Shown here one piece after another: positions 36,401 through 50,298 of a stretch of DNA of 64,000 bases. Positions within the stretch are counted from its first letter, which is position 1; each line of letters opens with the position of its first letter. The DNA lies in the NCBI RefSeq assembly GCF_006345805.1, contig NC_042997.1, positions 29,636,001-29,700,000 on the forward strand. Direction: 5' to 3'. A program made the translations under genes and the position numbers. Under the pieces are notes generated by a model, which saw nothing but the letters and a program-made list of their open reading frames with translations, was not told the origin of the DNA and did no database searches. Origin of the DNA: Octopus sinensis. Its lineage: Eukaryota.

Positions 36401-37417
36401 TATCTACCTTGACATAAGACAACATCATAAATATTAAAAATGAAAGTCACATCGACAAAGGACTACAATAGCTTTAAGACAAAATCAATTGAAACAAGAA
36501 ATCACTGGTGTTTATAAAGTGCATAAACCAACCGATTAGTTTGGAGTAGTGGACCCAGAATACACTACACAAATAATATAAACACATACGTCGACACATT
36601 CGCTTTATTTCGACTCCACCCTAAAATGTAATGCCCATTGAAACCGTAGCTAAATATAAGATAACTAAAATTAAATATGTCCGTCATTCAGATCTGGAAT
36701 GTAAGCATACATAAGATTGTGTTTATCAGTATTAAGAGCATATAGGTTTAAGAAATAAAAATTCTCACCATAATTACTATAAATATCTTGAATACACTTT
36801 TGACATATACATATTAAATCTGAAAATTACTGAATTTCTATATTGATTACTTATCGATATTTAATACATTCTATATTTGTCTTAAAATAAAAATCCTCTT
36901 TTATTCTTTGTATGTATTTCTCTTTCTCCCAATCTTTTAAAGCGAGTATGATCGACATTGTCTTCAACGTCCCTCTCAAAGTAAACATTTACCTCTGTGA
37001 CTTTGTTCCAATGCAAACAGCAGACAGACTGCTTTCAAATCGTAATGTATTGTCTACAGATAAAATTCACACAATAGAAAATGTGACGATGACAGTACAA
37101 TGCATGGGAAAATAGCGTGCAAGCCAAAACTATTAAATGATTCTACAGTAAGTTTTCCGCATCAGGGCTGCCTTCGGGCAAAGCAGAAATATCAAAATAT
37201 GCACGAATTCCAATTCGTCTTCGTAGCACACACATATATAATGATTCATTTATGACACCTAGTCATTCTGATTTCCCGTATGTTTTACGTGTGCATGTAC
37301 CAAGTTATTTTGGTGGCATTAAGTTCATTTCCACCATTTGCTTATTCTTGACATGAAAATGTTTCTCTTACATTGTATTCCCTCTCCATTAATTTAATCT
37401 TTCGAATACCTCCTGAA

Positions 37418-37834
37418 AGGCGCAGGAGTGGCTGTGTGGTAAGTAGCTTGCTAACCAACCACATGGCTCCGGGTTCAGTCCCATTGCGTGGCATCTTGGG
37501 CAAGTGTCTTCTGCTATAGCCCCGGGCCGACCAATGCCTTGTGAGTGGATTTGGTAGACGGAAACTGAAAGAAGCCTGTCGTATATATGTATATATATAT
37601 ATATGTATGTGTGTGTTTGTGTGTCTGTGTTTGTCCCCCTAGCATTGCTTGACAACCGATGCTGGTGTGTTTACGTCCCTGTCACTTAGCGGTTCGGCAA
37701 GAGACCAATAGAATAAGTACCGGGCTTACAAAGAATAAGTCCTGGGGTCGATTTGCTCGACTAAAGGCGGTGCTCCAGCATGGCCGCAGTCAAATGACTG
37801 AAACAAGTAAAAGAGTAAAGAGTAAAGAGTAAAG
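37418..37834 (+). mobile_element. Full-length young tRNA-derived SINE
   Basis: aggcgcaggagtggctgtgtggtaag (A-box-like), gggttcagtccc (B-box-like), internal (TA)/(TG) tract and (GAGTAAA)n tail. Near-identical to 11718-14217. Confidence 0.95.
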
Positions 37835-39557
37835 CTCTTCTGAATTTTATACCGATGATGCTAATTCAAATCTGAAAATATTTGCAAGCCTAATATCTCT
37901 GCATGAATCGGTACATCAACAACCTGCCTAATCGCTGATACATACCACATATTCACATTTAAAACATATTCCATGGTGAGTCACAAATAACAATTATAAA
38001 TATATTCCAAAATATTAACATGCATAAAAAAATCACGCAACAATAAATATCTATTAATATTTGTTTCTTATTTTATGAATCAATTAAATTAATTGTAAAA
38101 GTACAGAAAATGTAGATTGTCTTCAACCGGTTGACTTTCAGACTCGTCCTCTTCTTTCTCATATCAAATAGTACATAAGCTAAAGTATTTTATCATTGCT
38201 CTAGTATTGAAACTGATTCCCAATCCTACACATACCTAACTTCTTGAACGAGTGATAACGTATTCATTTTGTCTTTTTCGCCTACCAGAAATAACAATTT
38301 AAATGCATTTAAAACACTTGAACATCTAAATCTGATATCAAAGGATGTTGCACTAGTTAGAAGAAGCCTGAATAAAGATAGTTGTTAGAAGACCACTTCA
38401 TAGATGTGCCAACTCAATGTTGGCTGAGGGTTAAACAACATTAATAGCAAAAATGTGTATCTAAGTAGAATTAAAATAAATAAATATTCAGTAGATTCAA
38501 TAAGAGATGCTATGCAAAAAGTATAATATTGATGTAAAATTGCCGAAATTGTATTTTCGTTTCATTGAGACAGTATTTTACGATAACATAAATACCAGTA
38601 ATATAAGCAAGATAAATTATGTAAAGCACATTTATAAAATAGCATTTTTAGTTTACAGAGAGCATCACTATTAAAGAAACAAAGCTATGGTGAAAATTCT
38701 GAGAAGCTATGTCCCTGGAAAGTATAGGATATCAACTTTGTAATTACAAAATTGATTAATCTGTATCTGTTGTTTTGTTTTCTCGATGCAGTGTTATATT
38801 ATAATGTAATGTATACGTCGAATAATGTATAGTCTTCTTTAAAAATTGACCTTACGTCCGATCAAGTGTACAAGCTGTTCTTCGATGATTCTACTTCGTT
38901 ATAGGTTCGACCGTCGGACTGATCTAGCCGTATTTACATTACTGAGAGAGAACTGTTTATATTTTTGTAACTCATTATAGAAACAGAGCTAGTGAATATT
39001 GAATGTGCAGGCCACAGCAACGAGAATGTAATTAAAAATGAAATAGAAAGAAAAGCACTAAGAAAGATAACAACACACCAAAAATACAGAAATAAAAACG
39101 AAAGAAACTGCACAAACTTATACGTTCAATAATATAATTACTTCAACAATATAACTATTTCAAGAATTATAGAATATAATTTATACCATGATCGCTAGTT
39201 TAATCAAAATATATGTCTTAACGTCGTTGAAAATTTAATCTCGTTAGGGTCACAGAAAAATAACGAAACAATTTATCACCAAGAGCAATCGAATAACATC
39301 GAGATATTTCAGGAAAATAATCAATAGGCTATTGATTATCGTATAAGAATTTTAATTTTTTAAGTTACAGCATATCTGCAAAATTCACCTTTCCAAACAT
39401 TATTGGATTTGAGTACTAATAATTAATATAAGCTGTATTTGCATTATGATTAAAATAACGCTATAGTATTTTCGTTATTCATTTTTACACATTCTCATAC
39501 ACAGACGCACATATACACACATGGATATGAACAAACAATTAATTGTGCGCGTGTAGT

Positions 39558-39595
<38 letters not shown>

Positions 39596-40169
39596 TGTAG
39601 TGAGCGTGCATATGTGAGTTGTGTGTGTGATTTTTGTGTGCATGTATACATATATGTCTGCGTGTATGTGTGTATATATATACGATCAAAACGCCCCCTT
39701 CCAATGGACGGTGCTGAGTTGTCAAACATTTACACCAAATTTTCTCAAAACAACTTGTCCCACCGTCACATAGGCCACCCCTTTGAGAAACACTGATTTA
39801 ACCTAAATTTGAGAAACCAGCAAAAGAAGAAATGAAGATAGACTTTTCTTCTCTTCGAAAGAAAATCGATTTTATTCACACAAATATGCAACTGAAGAGT
39901 TTAAAGTATACCAGTAATGATAAGGCTGTCGACTGGGAGAACACAAACTTGGTTTAAGCAGTACAAAATGTTGAAGGTGCAGTTATGTACAAGTTGGCTG
40001 AAGGAAAGCAGGATAAAAACGATGCATGCAATTGGGTTAACTGGAGGTAAATCTAGATGGAAAAGCATGATGAATTTATGAGAACGTACCTGGGACAATA
40101 ATAAGTTTATCCGATAAAACATGTAGGAAATCAACTTGGGGCGATTTTGATGAAAATCAACAACCTAGG

Positions 40170-40772
40170 GAACTAAGTAACTGATTTTAAGCTAACTTAC
40201 TTTACGGGAAGTCCAAAGGTATGGAAAAGCTAGTGGAGCGCAGCCTTGTAAACCACTTTCCTTGTTACTCCGTCTGGAGCGTAGTAGAAAAGGTTTGTCG
40301 AACAGCCAGCCCTCGAACAGCCCACGTACAGTTGTCCGCGCGAAAAGCAGGGAGTGATGAGGTCCAACCCCACGATTTTTCAATTACTGCCCCTGTACTT
40401 TGTTGCTGGTCATCGCGGAGCTCAGGCGCATAGGGAATTGAACGCGTTTCATCGGGTAAACACAGTCGGACGGAATCAATGACACGCGGGAAATAAAAAC
40501 AATATCCCCTGCTCCTTGACTTTTTTGTGCAAACTGCCCGTGCATTTTTCTCGCGTACCATAGTATCGATCGCAGCAGCTGATGTACTTGCGCGTAGAAA
40601 TGCACGTTCCCATGGCTTTATCGATCGCATCTTCACCTCGAATCGATTTTCGTAATTTTTACAAGACTTATACTCGCCCTAGCACCGTCGGTATCTACAT
40701 ATCAAATTTGAGCGCAATCGGATGGAGGATGCCCGAGATCCTAGAAGACAGACAGAACGGATTTTATATAAT
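40170..40772 (-). mobile_element. Non-autonomous Helitron-like element with C-terminal PIF1-helicase fragment
   Basis: [17 protein letters not shown]...[45 protein letters not shown]...YAPDGVTRKVVYKAALH* (40230-40520). Leader tatataaaatccgttctgtctgtc...ccgattgcgctcaaatttg is of the insect/mollusc Helitron-N type. Confidence 0.85.
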
Positions 40773-40788
40773 ATATGTATGTATATAT

Positions 40789-40834
<46 letters not shown>

Positions 40835-42825
40835 ATATATATATATGTATATGTATATATATGTATATGTATGTACGTAATGTATGTATGTATGTATGTA
40901 TGTATGTATGTACGTATATAGAGATATATGTAAATGTCGAACGATGAAAATGAGAACTCAACACCGCATTAGTGAATACAATTTCTTTATTTGTGAATTA
41001 AGGCTGCCATTGGTTTCAAGTAGAGAAATATCCAAGGGACTTAACAATTTTTCAAGCCGATCACATGGAAGAAAGTTGTCCAACTACATTTTGGAAAGCA
41101 AGGTCTCGTTCAATTGACGGAGATTCCCTTGAATAAAACAATAAATGAAGGGACGCTACTTATGGTGGGAATCTTTCGAGTGGTTGTTTCCTTTGGATTT
41201 TTTCGTTCGGACAAAACAATCACGTGGTAAATTTGTTTGCATTATCTTACATTATGATCTGGTTGGGATGTTTTTTTATGCTTGTGCGCTGATGTTGTTC
41301 ATCATGGTGGCATATTTCTTCTGTGTGTGAAGTTCATTTGTTATCTATGTTCAAATTTCACTTTCATGCAAGAGGCTATTCTGGTGGGATTAGCGTCGCA
41401 GAAGATAGCTCCTCTTTGCAGTATTTGGGTGTAAAATATTGTTTGTGCATGCAGGGAGAGACGATTTCTTCCCTAACGTTAAGGATGTAGTCTGTTGACT
41501 ATATGATATTTAGTGTTTTAGTAATTTAGGTTTCTTCAGTGGTACCCCGTACTTTCAATTTTGGGGCTTTAGCAGTAATGTTTCATTTTATCTGCGGACA
41601 GTGTGCTCAATATATATGCATATATATGTGGGCGGGGGGGTGTACAGAGAGAGACAGAGACAGAGAAGTACAAACAGACTGAACGGAAAATAACGCAGAG
41701 TATGTCGCTACATCCTCTTCATTTATTGTTTGGACGATCATGAAAAATTCACGCCTTTAACAATAATATTGTTCCCCTTCGTTGACTTTAGCGGCGGGAA
41801 GTCGTTGAGAAATAGCGAGCAAACAAACAAGGAATCAAAACGACAGATAGTGAACATACGAACAAAATAGGAAAGAAAATAATAAGTTATAGAAACAAAA
41901 TAATATTGAGCACGAAACGAATAGCGAACAGACAAGGAACTAAGACGACATCAAACATGGTGTAATGTTTGATTTCGTCATACAAACAAAAGGAAATAGA
42001 TAAACAGGTGAAGTTTTACTGTTCACCACTGGGATTGTGTATATATACGTGGGTACATAAATGAATATGCCTATTTGCACATGCATACTTAAATATATTA
42101 CCTGTATACCATGCGGAGTCAAAAGATGTTTTCGCATATATCAAGGTGGTCATGTTCAAACAAGTCAATTATTCAAACAAGTCACAAGGCAATCTCAGAA
42201 CTATGGAAACTTTCCTTATGAACAAATTGAGAAATACAACAACGGGAAGGGACGGCACGAACCAGACTGGTTATTATAGCAACACTAGTCTGCGCGTAAC
42301 CTTCCTCCTCTATCCCCTTCTCCTACACACATATTAGCAGTGAGATTTTGACCGACTACCGATTTTCCCAAATGTCCTCATGAAGGTGGCTCCACAGCGA
42401 ATTACAGAAGTTCGGGGTAAAACTGCGGCTTTGTTTTCTTTTCGTTCCCTTTTGTCTGTTTTGTACATTCTTGCATTGTTCCGCCCTTACACAACAACCT
42501 TCTTCATTTGTATACATACGTGCGTGTGTGTTTGTGTCTGTGTATGTGTGTGTGTGCATGTGCGTGTGTAGCCGAAGCCTGATCCCTCTTGAATATTATC
42601 TACCCACACTATGGCTTTTCACATTTGGGTACTCACTTTCGTTTACCAGGTGATGGTCAGGTCCATTTAGTTTGACATGGATCGTACACCATGTTGTGTA
42701 CTAGCCTAGCGTCTATACATCAAATGCTAGCATTTTCGCCCGTTAAACAGAGGGAGCTGAGGTTTTGCTCGGAATCGCTTTAGAACTTGATGTGAGAGCA
42801 GTTCTGATTCCACTTTATAGTTTCA

Positions 42826-43000
42826 ACATTTTGAACAGAATTGTTACCGGAATTCTTGGCACTATACTTTGTATCTCTTCGGCATTTTGAACACAGCCAT
42901 AACCAGAATTCTTGACGATATGGTTCTTGTCTTACGAACATTTTAATTAGAACTGTAAGCAGAATTTGTGATGCTATGCTTCAGGTTTTCTAATATTTTT
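42826..43000. repeat. Degenerate ~57-bp minisatellite, about 3 units
   Basis: cattttgaaca...cagaattcttg recurs at ~42827, ~42884 and (degenerate) ~42940. Confidence 0.55.
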
Positions 43001-43399
43001 ATCTTCCAATTTTATGAGCATTTGAATATATACAATGTAATTTACAATTATTAATGTCCTACAAGTGTATATAATTTTAGCGATGGTATAAATGTTTCAG
43101 TGCGGTCGACTGTAACTTGCCTTTCAGTTTCTTTATTGATATCTATTCTGACTTCATTTAACAGAAGACATATTGTCAGACCTTAGACGGTATTTCATAC
43201 AACCACCACACCATATATATATATATGTATATATATATATATTTATATGTGGGGGGGTGTATAATAACAGGCTGAGGAAAAGAAATCCTTCAGAGGGGTG
43301 TGTTAAACATCCAATTCATAATATTTAATGTAATATTGCAATATAAATAAATTATTGGTTCGTCAATAGAATATTTCTATTTCTAATTTATTTGTATAA

Positions 43400-43432
<33 letters not shown>

Positions 43433-43442
43433 TTGTATAAAT

Positions 43443-43487
<45 letters not shown>

Positions 43488-44459
43488 ATGCTGTTTTACA
43501 GAATGGAATGAGGCGAGGATAGGGTATAGGAAAGTAAAAGTGCGAGAAGACGTTAAGGAAAAACGTGTCTGTAGTAATGGTTGCACATGTCAAGTATAGT
43601 AATAGAATGATAGATTTTTTATTAAACTTTTGTACAAAAACGCACATATAACAGTTTGACCTTATTTTCCTGTGAAACATTATATATATATATATATATA
43701 CATACATAAAATACGTCAGCACGGCTTGATTAAATGGGATATTACCAGCTCACGCAAGTACTGTACGCAGCAAAAATGCTGAAACAGTCCTAGATTTGAA
43801 CGGAATTTTCACCGTTCATAGCTATTATTTTAACTGCCATTGACACATCATTTGGAAAAAAAAAACTATGGTGTGACAATCTCATAACCTTAATACACGG
43901 TCGTAGCGTAAGCCTAACAGGAAATTCCTTTACATTTCCGAGTAACCATCTTCGGTCAATAAGTCAATGTCTTAACTCAAGACAATTTAAGTAACATTCT
44001 CTTCTTTAAGAAATAATCTCTGAAACGTCAGACAGAACAAATGATTTGTAGATCAATAAACAGAACATATACAGTCTTGACACTACTCTGTATACTAAAC
44101 ATGTTTCAAAATAGAATGTTAAACCGGTGAAGTGCGTATCTCTCTTTGTCTCTTTCTATATGTGTGTGTTTGCGTGTTTGCACACGCGTGTGCGTGTGTG
44201 CGAGTATACAAGTGGTTTTGTGTATATATAGGTATATAGGGACATGTACTTGTTAGTTCGGGGGAACGACCTTTATTTAAGTAACTTCAAATTCGGTTTC
44301 TTCTGAAAAACTAGTGACATTTTGATATCCATTATTATAGCCTATCTCTATATCTATGGAGTAATATAGGATGTATTTATTGTAGCTCTAAATTTCTTTT
44401 TATATTTGTTGCGGAATTTTCTCACCGAAAAACTAAGTAAATAAAGAACATTTCTTTTT

Positions 44460-44652
44460 TTGCAGCGTGGAAGGTGTTTATAAGTCATTTAAGAAACACA
44501 CAACAACCGTGCAGCACGAAGGTTTGTCAGTGAACAGGTCGCGGTCTCAAAGCGACGAAAATATTTTGACAAATAAAAATTTAAATGTTGAAGTGAATCT
44601 AACGGTTTTTGTGTGTTTCTTAAATGGCTTATAAACACCTTCCACGCTGCAA
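44460..44652. repeat. 193-bp palindromic (MITE-like) unit with ~50-bp arms
   Basis: ttgcagcgtggaaggtgtttataagtcatttaagaaacacac ... gtgtgtttcttaaatggcttataaacaccttccacgctgcaa. Confidence 0.9.
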
Positions 44653-44807
44653 TTGTTTTCGTTTCAGCACACGATCTCAGATCAAGTCACTCGCTATGCA
44701 AGTACATCGCCGTAATTTCTTTTTTTGTTAGTTACTTAAATTTTTTTAGATCAATAACTTTAAACAAAAGAGAAATTTGGTGTATATTACCGATATAATC
44801 CTATATT

Positions 44808-45060
44808 ATTTATATATACAAAACTGAGAATGTGTGTGTGTCTGTCTATCTATCACTCTGTCTGGCTGTCTGTATGTGTGCATTATTAAACCTCCAGAAC
44901 TATCCAACCGATTTCAATCACATTTTAAACATGCCTTACTTAGCGTCCATGCAGCTTCATGGGCCTAAGAAATTTTCGTCATCTTGCTTTATACAAGCCG
45001 GAGCAATCTCTTATCTCTTATATTATTTCGGCATTATGTGTCAAAAGTGAGAAATAACAC
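44808..45060 (+). mobile_element. Helitron-N-like 5' end
   Basis: tatatatacaaaactgagaatgtgtgtgtgtctgtc...aactatccaaccgatttcaatc resembles non-autonomous Helitron leaders. No 3' CTAG hairpin found. Confidence 0.5.
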
Positions 45061-45075
45061 CTCTGTTGTAATGAG

Positions 45076-45139
<64 letters not shown>

Positions 45140-45397
45140 AAACATAAATATTTATGAATGTATACGTATGAATATATATATGTGTGATGTGTATGTATAT
45201 TTGCAGAATTACATATATGCAGGATTTACATACTTGTACACATGATTACGACCAAGAAAATATACAAGATCTTCGTAGCCCAGGCTTGAACAAATAAATG
45301 AAAGAGAACAAGAACGCCAGATATTGAAAACTAAATATATACATGAATACATATATACATATATATATCAATATATATATATATATAATATATATAT

Positions 45398-45431
<34 letters not shown>

Positions 45432-45517
45432 ACATATATAAACATATATATATATATTATATATATATTATATATATATATATAATATATATATATATAT
45501 ATACATATATATATGTA

Positions 45518-45561
<44 letters not shown>

Positions 45562-46199
45562 TCATATATATTAATGCCCTTATTTAATATGGTAAAATTA
45601 AACGGAAATAAAATATATTGTTTACAAAATAGCTTTCCACAAGTAAAACAGTAGCACGGCTAAAGAGAGAGAGTAGTGGTGTCAGTGAAGGGAGAGGAGA
45701 GAAAATAGTAATAGAGTGAAGGAGATGCGGAGAGAGTAATAGCCATAACTGAGAGGGTGAGAGAAAGTAATGACCGTTTGAGTAAGAAGAACGGGAAGTG
45801 TACAGAACAATCACAGATACAAGCACTCAAATATTTCACAATTCCACACATACATACAGTTACCAAAATATATTTGGAATGATGTCAACTTTATCTTCAG
45901 AGTTGTACGTTTCATTTACGTAGGCATGGAAACGTTTCTATTACTCACGGACACACTCACACATTCCCACACACACACAGATACGCACACGCATACACAC
46001 ACAAACATTCACGTACCTCCCTTTTTCTTAACTACAGGTATACATATATACAAACACTTTATTCGTCACTTCTGTTCTCCTTCATATTTTGAGAAATGAA
46101 GATACACTCCGAAAGGCAGCATGCTCGCCACTAACCTTAGAACGACGGAAAAGAACTTGCTTTTTGCTCAGACATTTTGCAATCTGAATTCAAATGCCG

Positions 46200-46545
46200 C
46201 CAATTAAGACCGATAAAGTGGCGGTAAACCGGCACTCCGTCGGTTACGACGATGAGCGTTCTAGTTGATCCGATCAACAGAATAGCTTTTTCGTGAAATT
46301 AACGTGCAACAGGTTAAGCAGTCCACAGACAGATGTACCTTAACGTAGTTCTCACCGAGATTCAGTCGGACAGAATGAGACGAGACTGGCCCTTTAAAAT
46401 ACAGGTACTACTTATGTTTGGAAGCTGAGTAAGCTGGAGTAACGTGAAATAAAGTACCTCCCCCAAGAACACAACGCACCGCGAGGAATTGAACTCACAA
46501 CCATACGATCCTGAGCCGAATACACTAACCATTAAACTACACACC
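46200..46545 (-). mobile_element. tRNA-derived SINE, fourth family
   Basis: Minus strand head gtagtttaatggttagtgtattcggctcaggatcgtatggttgtgagttcaattcc with A- and B-box-like motifs, then gttgtgttcttgggg. Confidence 0.75.
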
Positions 46546-46868
46546 TTCACACTGATAGAGCAAAGTACCAACTGCGAACTAGGGTTTATAATATCGGCTA
46601 AACTGTCCAATCAAAAATTGATCACGTTGAGAATTATTCAAAAATCATTATTAATTCAGCTGCAAGCAAACAATTGAGGCTACGCATTTATGACTTACGT
46701 AAGTGACACAGTATTTAATATGATATAATTTATTTGCTCTGTGCTTTTCATTTCGCCACATTGACTAACAAATGACTCGGAATTATGGTATATGAGCTAT
46801 CAGTAGTGCGTAGACAAATATAGATACAGACAAACTCACAAACTCATTAATATATGTACGTGTGTGTA

Positions 46869-46948
<80 letters not shown>

Positions 46949-46965
46949 GTATGTATATCCAGACT

Positions 46966-46999
<34 letters not shown>

Positions 47000-47788
47000 T
47001 GTGTGTGTGTGTACGTGTGGTGTGTGTGTGTGCATACATGCCCACGTATATGTATACATACATAAGCGCACACATTTTTTAAACACATATCAGAAGTTGC
47101 TGTTTTAATCTAGTGGCTCTGAATATTACAAGTTGCATAAAAATATCGTAGTGTAATTCATTTAAATATACTTACGTTAGACGATTTTCCTGGAGCCTAG
47201 TGAAATCAATAAATCAATATCTTACTTTTTCTATAGAAATATTTCTATAAAATCGACATACATATCCAATATGAGTCAAATTCCTTAGTATAAAATATTA
47301 CCGGGGTTTACTTGCTTAAATCTAAAATACACTCGTTTCATCACTTTGGTCTGTTGCTACTATAACATAAATCTATTTTTTTCATTTACTTATATTCATG
47401 AATTTTTTCTTCAATAATGGTGCAACTACCCATAGACGTAAGATTTATATTTTCGACAGAGATTGATACACTAACAAACAATGGAAATAATATTTATTAC
47501 TGTAATCCGATACACAATAAATCATTGTTTGAGCAAAACTCTGGTGTCGGAGGCCAAATAGATAACAAACCAAACTTTAATTTTCTCGCTATTTGATTCA
47601 GTGCCTCCTACGTTCCACACGTTAGCGATTCGATTTTGATTTAATAAATTATGTACAATTAATATTGTACAGGGGCAAGAATTATCGGGGCGTTGTAACC
47701 TCTGATGTATGTATATATGTATGTATATATGTATGTATTTATCAATGTATGTAAGTCTGTGTGTGCACGTGTGTGTGTAAGTTTGTAA

Positions 47789-47834
<46 letters not shown>

Positions 47835-48103
47835 GTGCGTGCTCGTGTGTGTGTGTGTATGTGTGTATGTACTTATGCATGTACGTATGTATTTTTGTTG
47901 ACTCCAAGAATATTTCAATATATAGACTTGCAAATGTAGGCTTGGTTTTCACGCCTACACTTTACTCATCAGCATCACTTTAAATGGCAAGAATCTGCTA
48001 GTGCCTGAGATTTTATTTGTCCTTACTATGACACAGAAAATAACTCGAGTGTCTTGAAGATTTGGGCGTAGGAGGTTTTTAAGCTTTATACACAAACACA
48101 CAC

Positions 48104-48186
<83 letters not shown>

Positions 48187-49036
48187 CGTATATAGATATA
48201 CATACATTCATACACACCTCCATACACCCACTCTTTCTATCACGTCCATACACACACTCGCACACACATAGTCATGTTAAGCGATTTAGATATTTAATGG
48301 ATAATATTGTTTTACTAATATTGTATTTTCATTGATCATAAGTGTTTGATACTGGTATTTTCTAGAAAATATCTCCTTTGTATCTAGACGTTTCCCTCGG
48401 GTTTTCATTAAATACAGTTACCTCTCCATAGGGACCGACATTCTGCTAATCCTGGGGATATATTCGATTGTTAAGTATAATATATCGGTTTACGACGTTT
48501 TGCGCTATAATTACATTCAACTATGCATAGGATGCATATTTCTTCAATCTTTCCCTATATTCTGCCGCGCCTTTAATAACTTGCAAATGAATACGTATGT
48601 ATTTTCAGGATGGTATCTACTTTTCACCTAGTTATCTACTTTTTCGATTATTAATCAACTAAATATATTTCAGCTTCAAGTCAAACTTTTTGGTTCCCTT
48701 ATCTCATATATTCATATGAACGGGCATAATTCTATTGTTTTCTGTTCGAATAAGATAGTGAATTTGTTTTTCTCGGAAATGTTGATTCTAATGGTTCTAA
48801 TTATTATGCCGGTGGTGTATTCCGTAATAACATATTTAAAACTTAGCAATTTCTTGTTTGTTTTTTTAAATATATTTGTGCATTATCCCGTATCAACGTT
48901 AACCACAAAACTATATTTCTATGAAGACCATGTAGCACAGTGTATATATATATATATGTATATATATCTTTCTCTCTCTCTCCCTCTCTCTCTCTCCCTC
49001 TCTTTCCCTTTCTGTGTATATACATACATATATATA

Positions 49037-49076
<40 letters not shown>

Positions 49077-49173
49077 TCAATATAGGGTGGCAAAAAATTT
49101 TGTAGAATTAATTTGCCACCAGCGGCCTAGTGGGAAAAATTAAATAGTCATAGACCATTTTTAAGTTCACATT

Positions 49174-49735
49174 ACAATCAAGAACGGCCATAATAGGCCA
49201 TTCACCCACTAGAAATAACAGCCAAAAGCTTCAACCGCAAAATAACATCAATTCCGTAAACCAGGAGAAAATTAAAAAACATTTACCCTGTAATTTCTTA
49301 TACGATGCACCGTTTCATCTACTGTTTAATGGTAAACTAACCTGATTAAATTAAATCAAGCCAATCTTCCATAGGCCCTTAGACGCGGCTTATATTTATT
49401 TGCTGCCGATAAATTTGGCGCGAGTGCGATGATTTGAAAATTTTAGGTCAGATATTGCCGAGGCAGGGACGGAAATGCCTCGTGAAAAATATCTGTTCCG
49501 ACTTGGCTATTTCTTACTGATGATTCTAAGGGCCTATGGAAGATTGGCTTGATTTAATTTAATCAGGTTAGTTTACCATTAAACAGTAGATGAAACGGTG
49601 CATCGTATAAGAAATTACAGGGTAAATGTTTTTTAATTTTCTCCTGGTTTACGGAATTGATGTTATTTTGCGGTTGAAGCTTTTGGCTGTTATTTCTAGT
49701 GGGTGAATGGCCTATTATGGCCGTTCCTTGATTGT
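49174..49735. repeat. Near-perfect inverted repeat: 210/211-bp arms, 141-bp spacer
   Basis: 49174-49383 is the reverse complement of 49525-49735 apart from one 1-bp indel near the outer end. Confidence 0.97.
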
Positions 49736-49742
49736 CATATAT

Positions 49743-49789
<47 letters not shown>

Positions 49790-49861
49790 ATTATATATAT
49801 ATATATATATATATGGTTAACCCCGACTCACCCGGGACCTACATATATATATATATATATC

Positions 49862-50056
49862 TTTACTATCCACAAGGGGCTAAACACACAAGGGACAAAC
49901 AAGGACAGACAAACAGGTTAAGTCGATTATATCGACCCCAGTGCGTAACTGGTACTTAATTTATCGACCCCGAAAGGATGAAAGGCAAAGTCGACCTCGG
50001 CGGAATTTGAACCAAGAACGTAACGGCTACGCATTTCGCCCAGCGTGCTAATGCTT
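49862..50056 (-). mobile_element. Third-family SINE, 5'-truncated
   Basis: atcgaccccagtgcgtaactggtacttaatttatcgaccccgaaaggatgaaaggcaaagtcgacctcggcggaatttgaac. Confidence 0.9.
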
Positions 50057-50298
50057 TTAGTATTTCTAAGGTATTTTTTCTCCTCAGTTCAAAACTACCC
50101 TTGAAAATTGCATAGCAACAATATTTTAGATAATCATTACGGTTTTCTAGAGAATGGGAACAAAACTTAGCTGCGATGGTACTTTATTCGACTTATTCAC
50201 ATCATACCTTAATAAAAATTTAAAATATTTTGTCCTAGTATTTATTTTTAAACTAATGAGAAATGTAAGCAAAACTATGGTGGGATTATAATAAGATT

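Noticed and set aside
39783-39795. hAT-like terminus (ttgagaaacactg)
   Set aside because: No partner end or 8-bp TSD found.
41000-41560. Possible decayed L1 or PLE coding sequence on the minus strand
   Set aside because: Only vague motif fragments amid many stops; not assignable.
42040-42260. KYITCIPCG...METFLMNKL, possible GIY-YIG relic
   Set aside because: The YIG motif is missing and evidence is too thin.
48750-48942. CACTGTG terminus as the missing end of the Chapaev3-like element
   Set aside because: It has the same orientation as the 54443 end, so it cannot be the partner.
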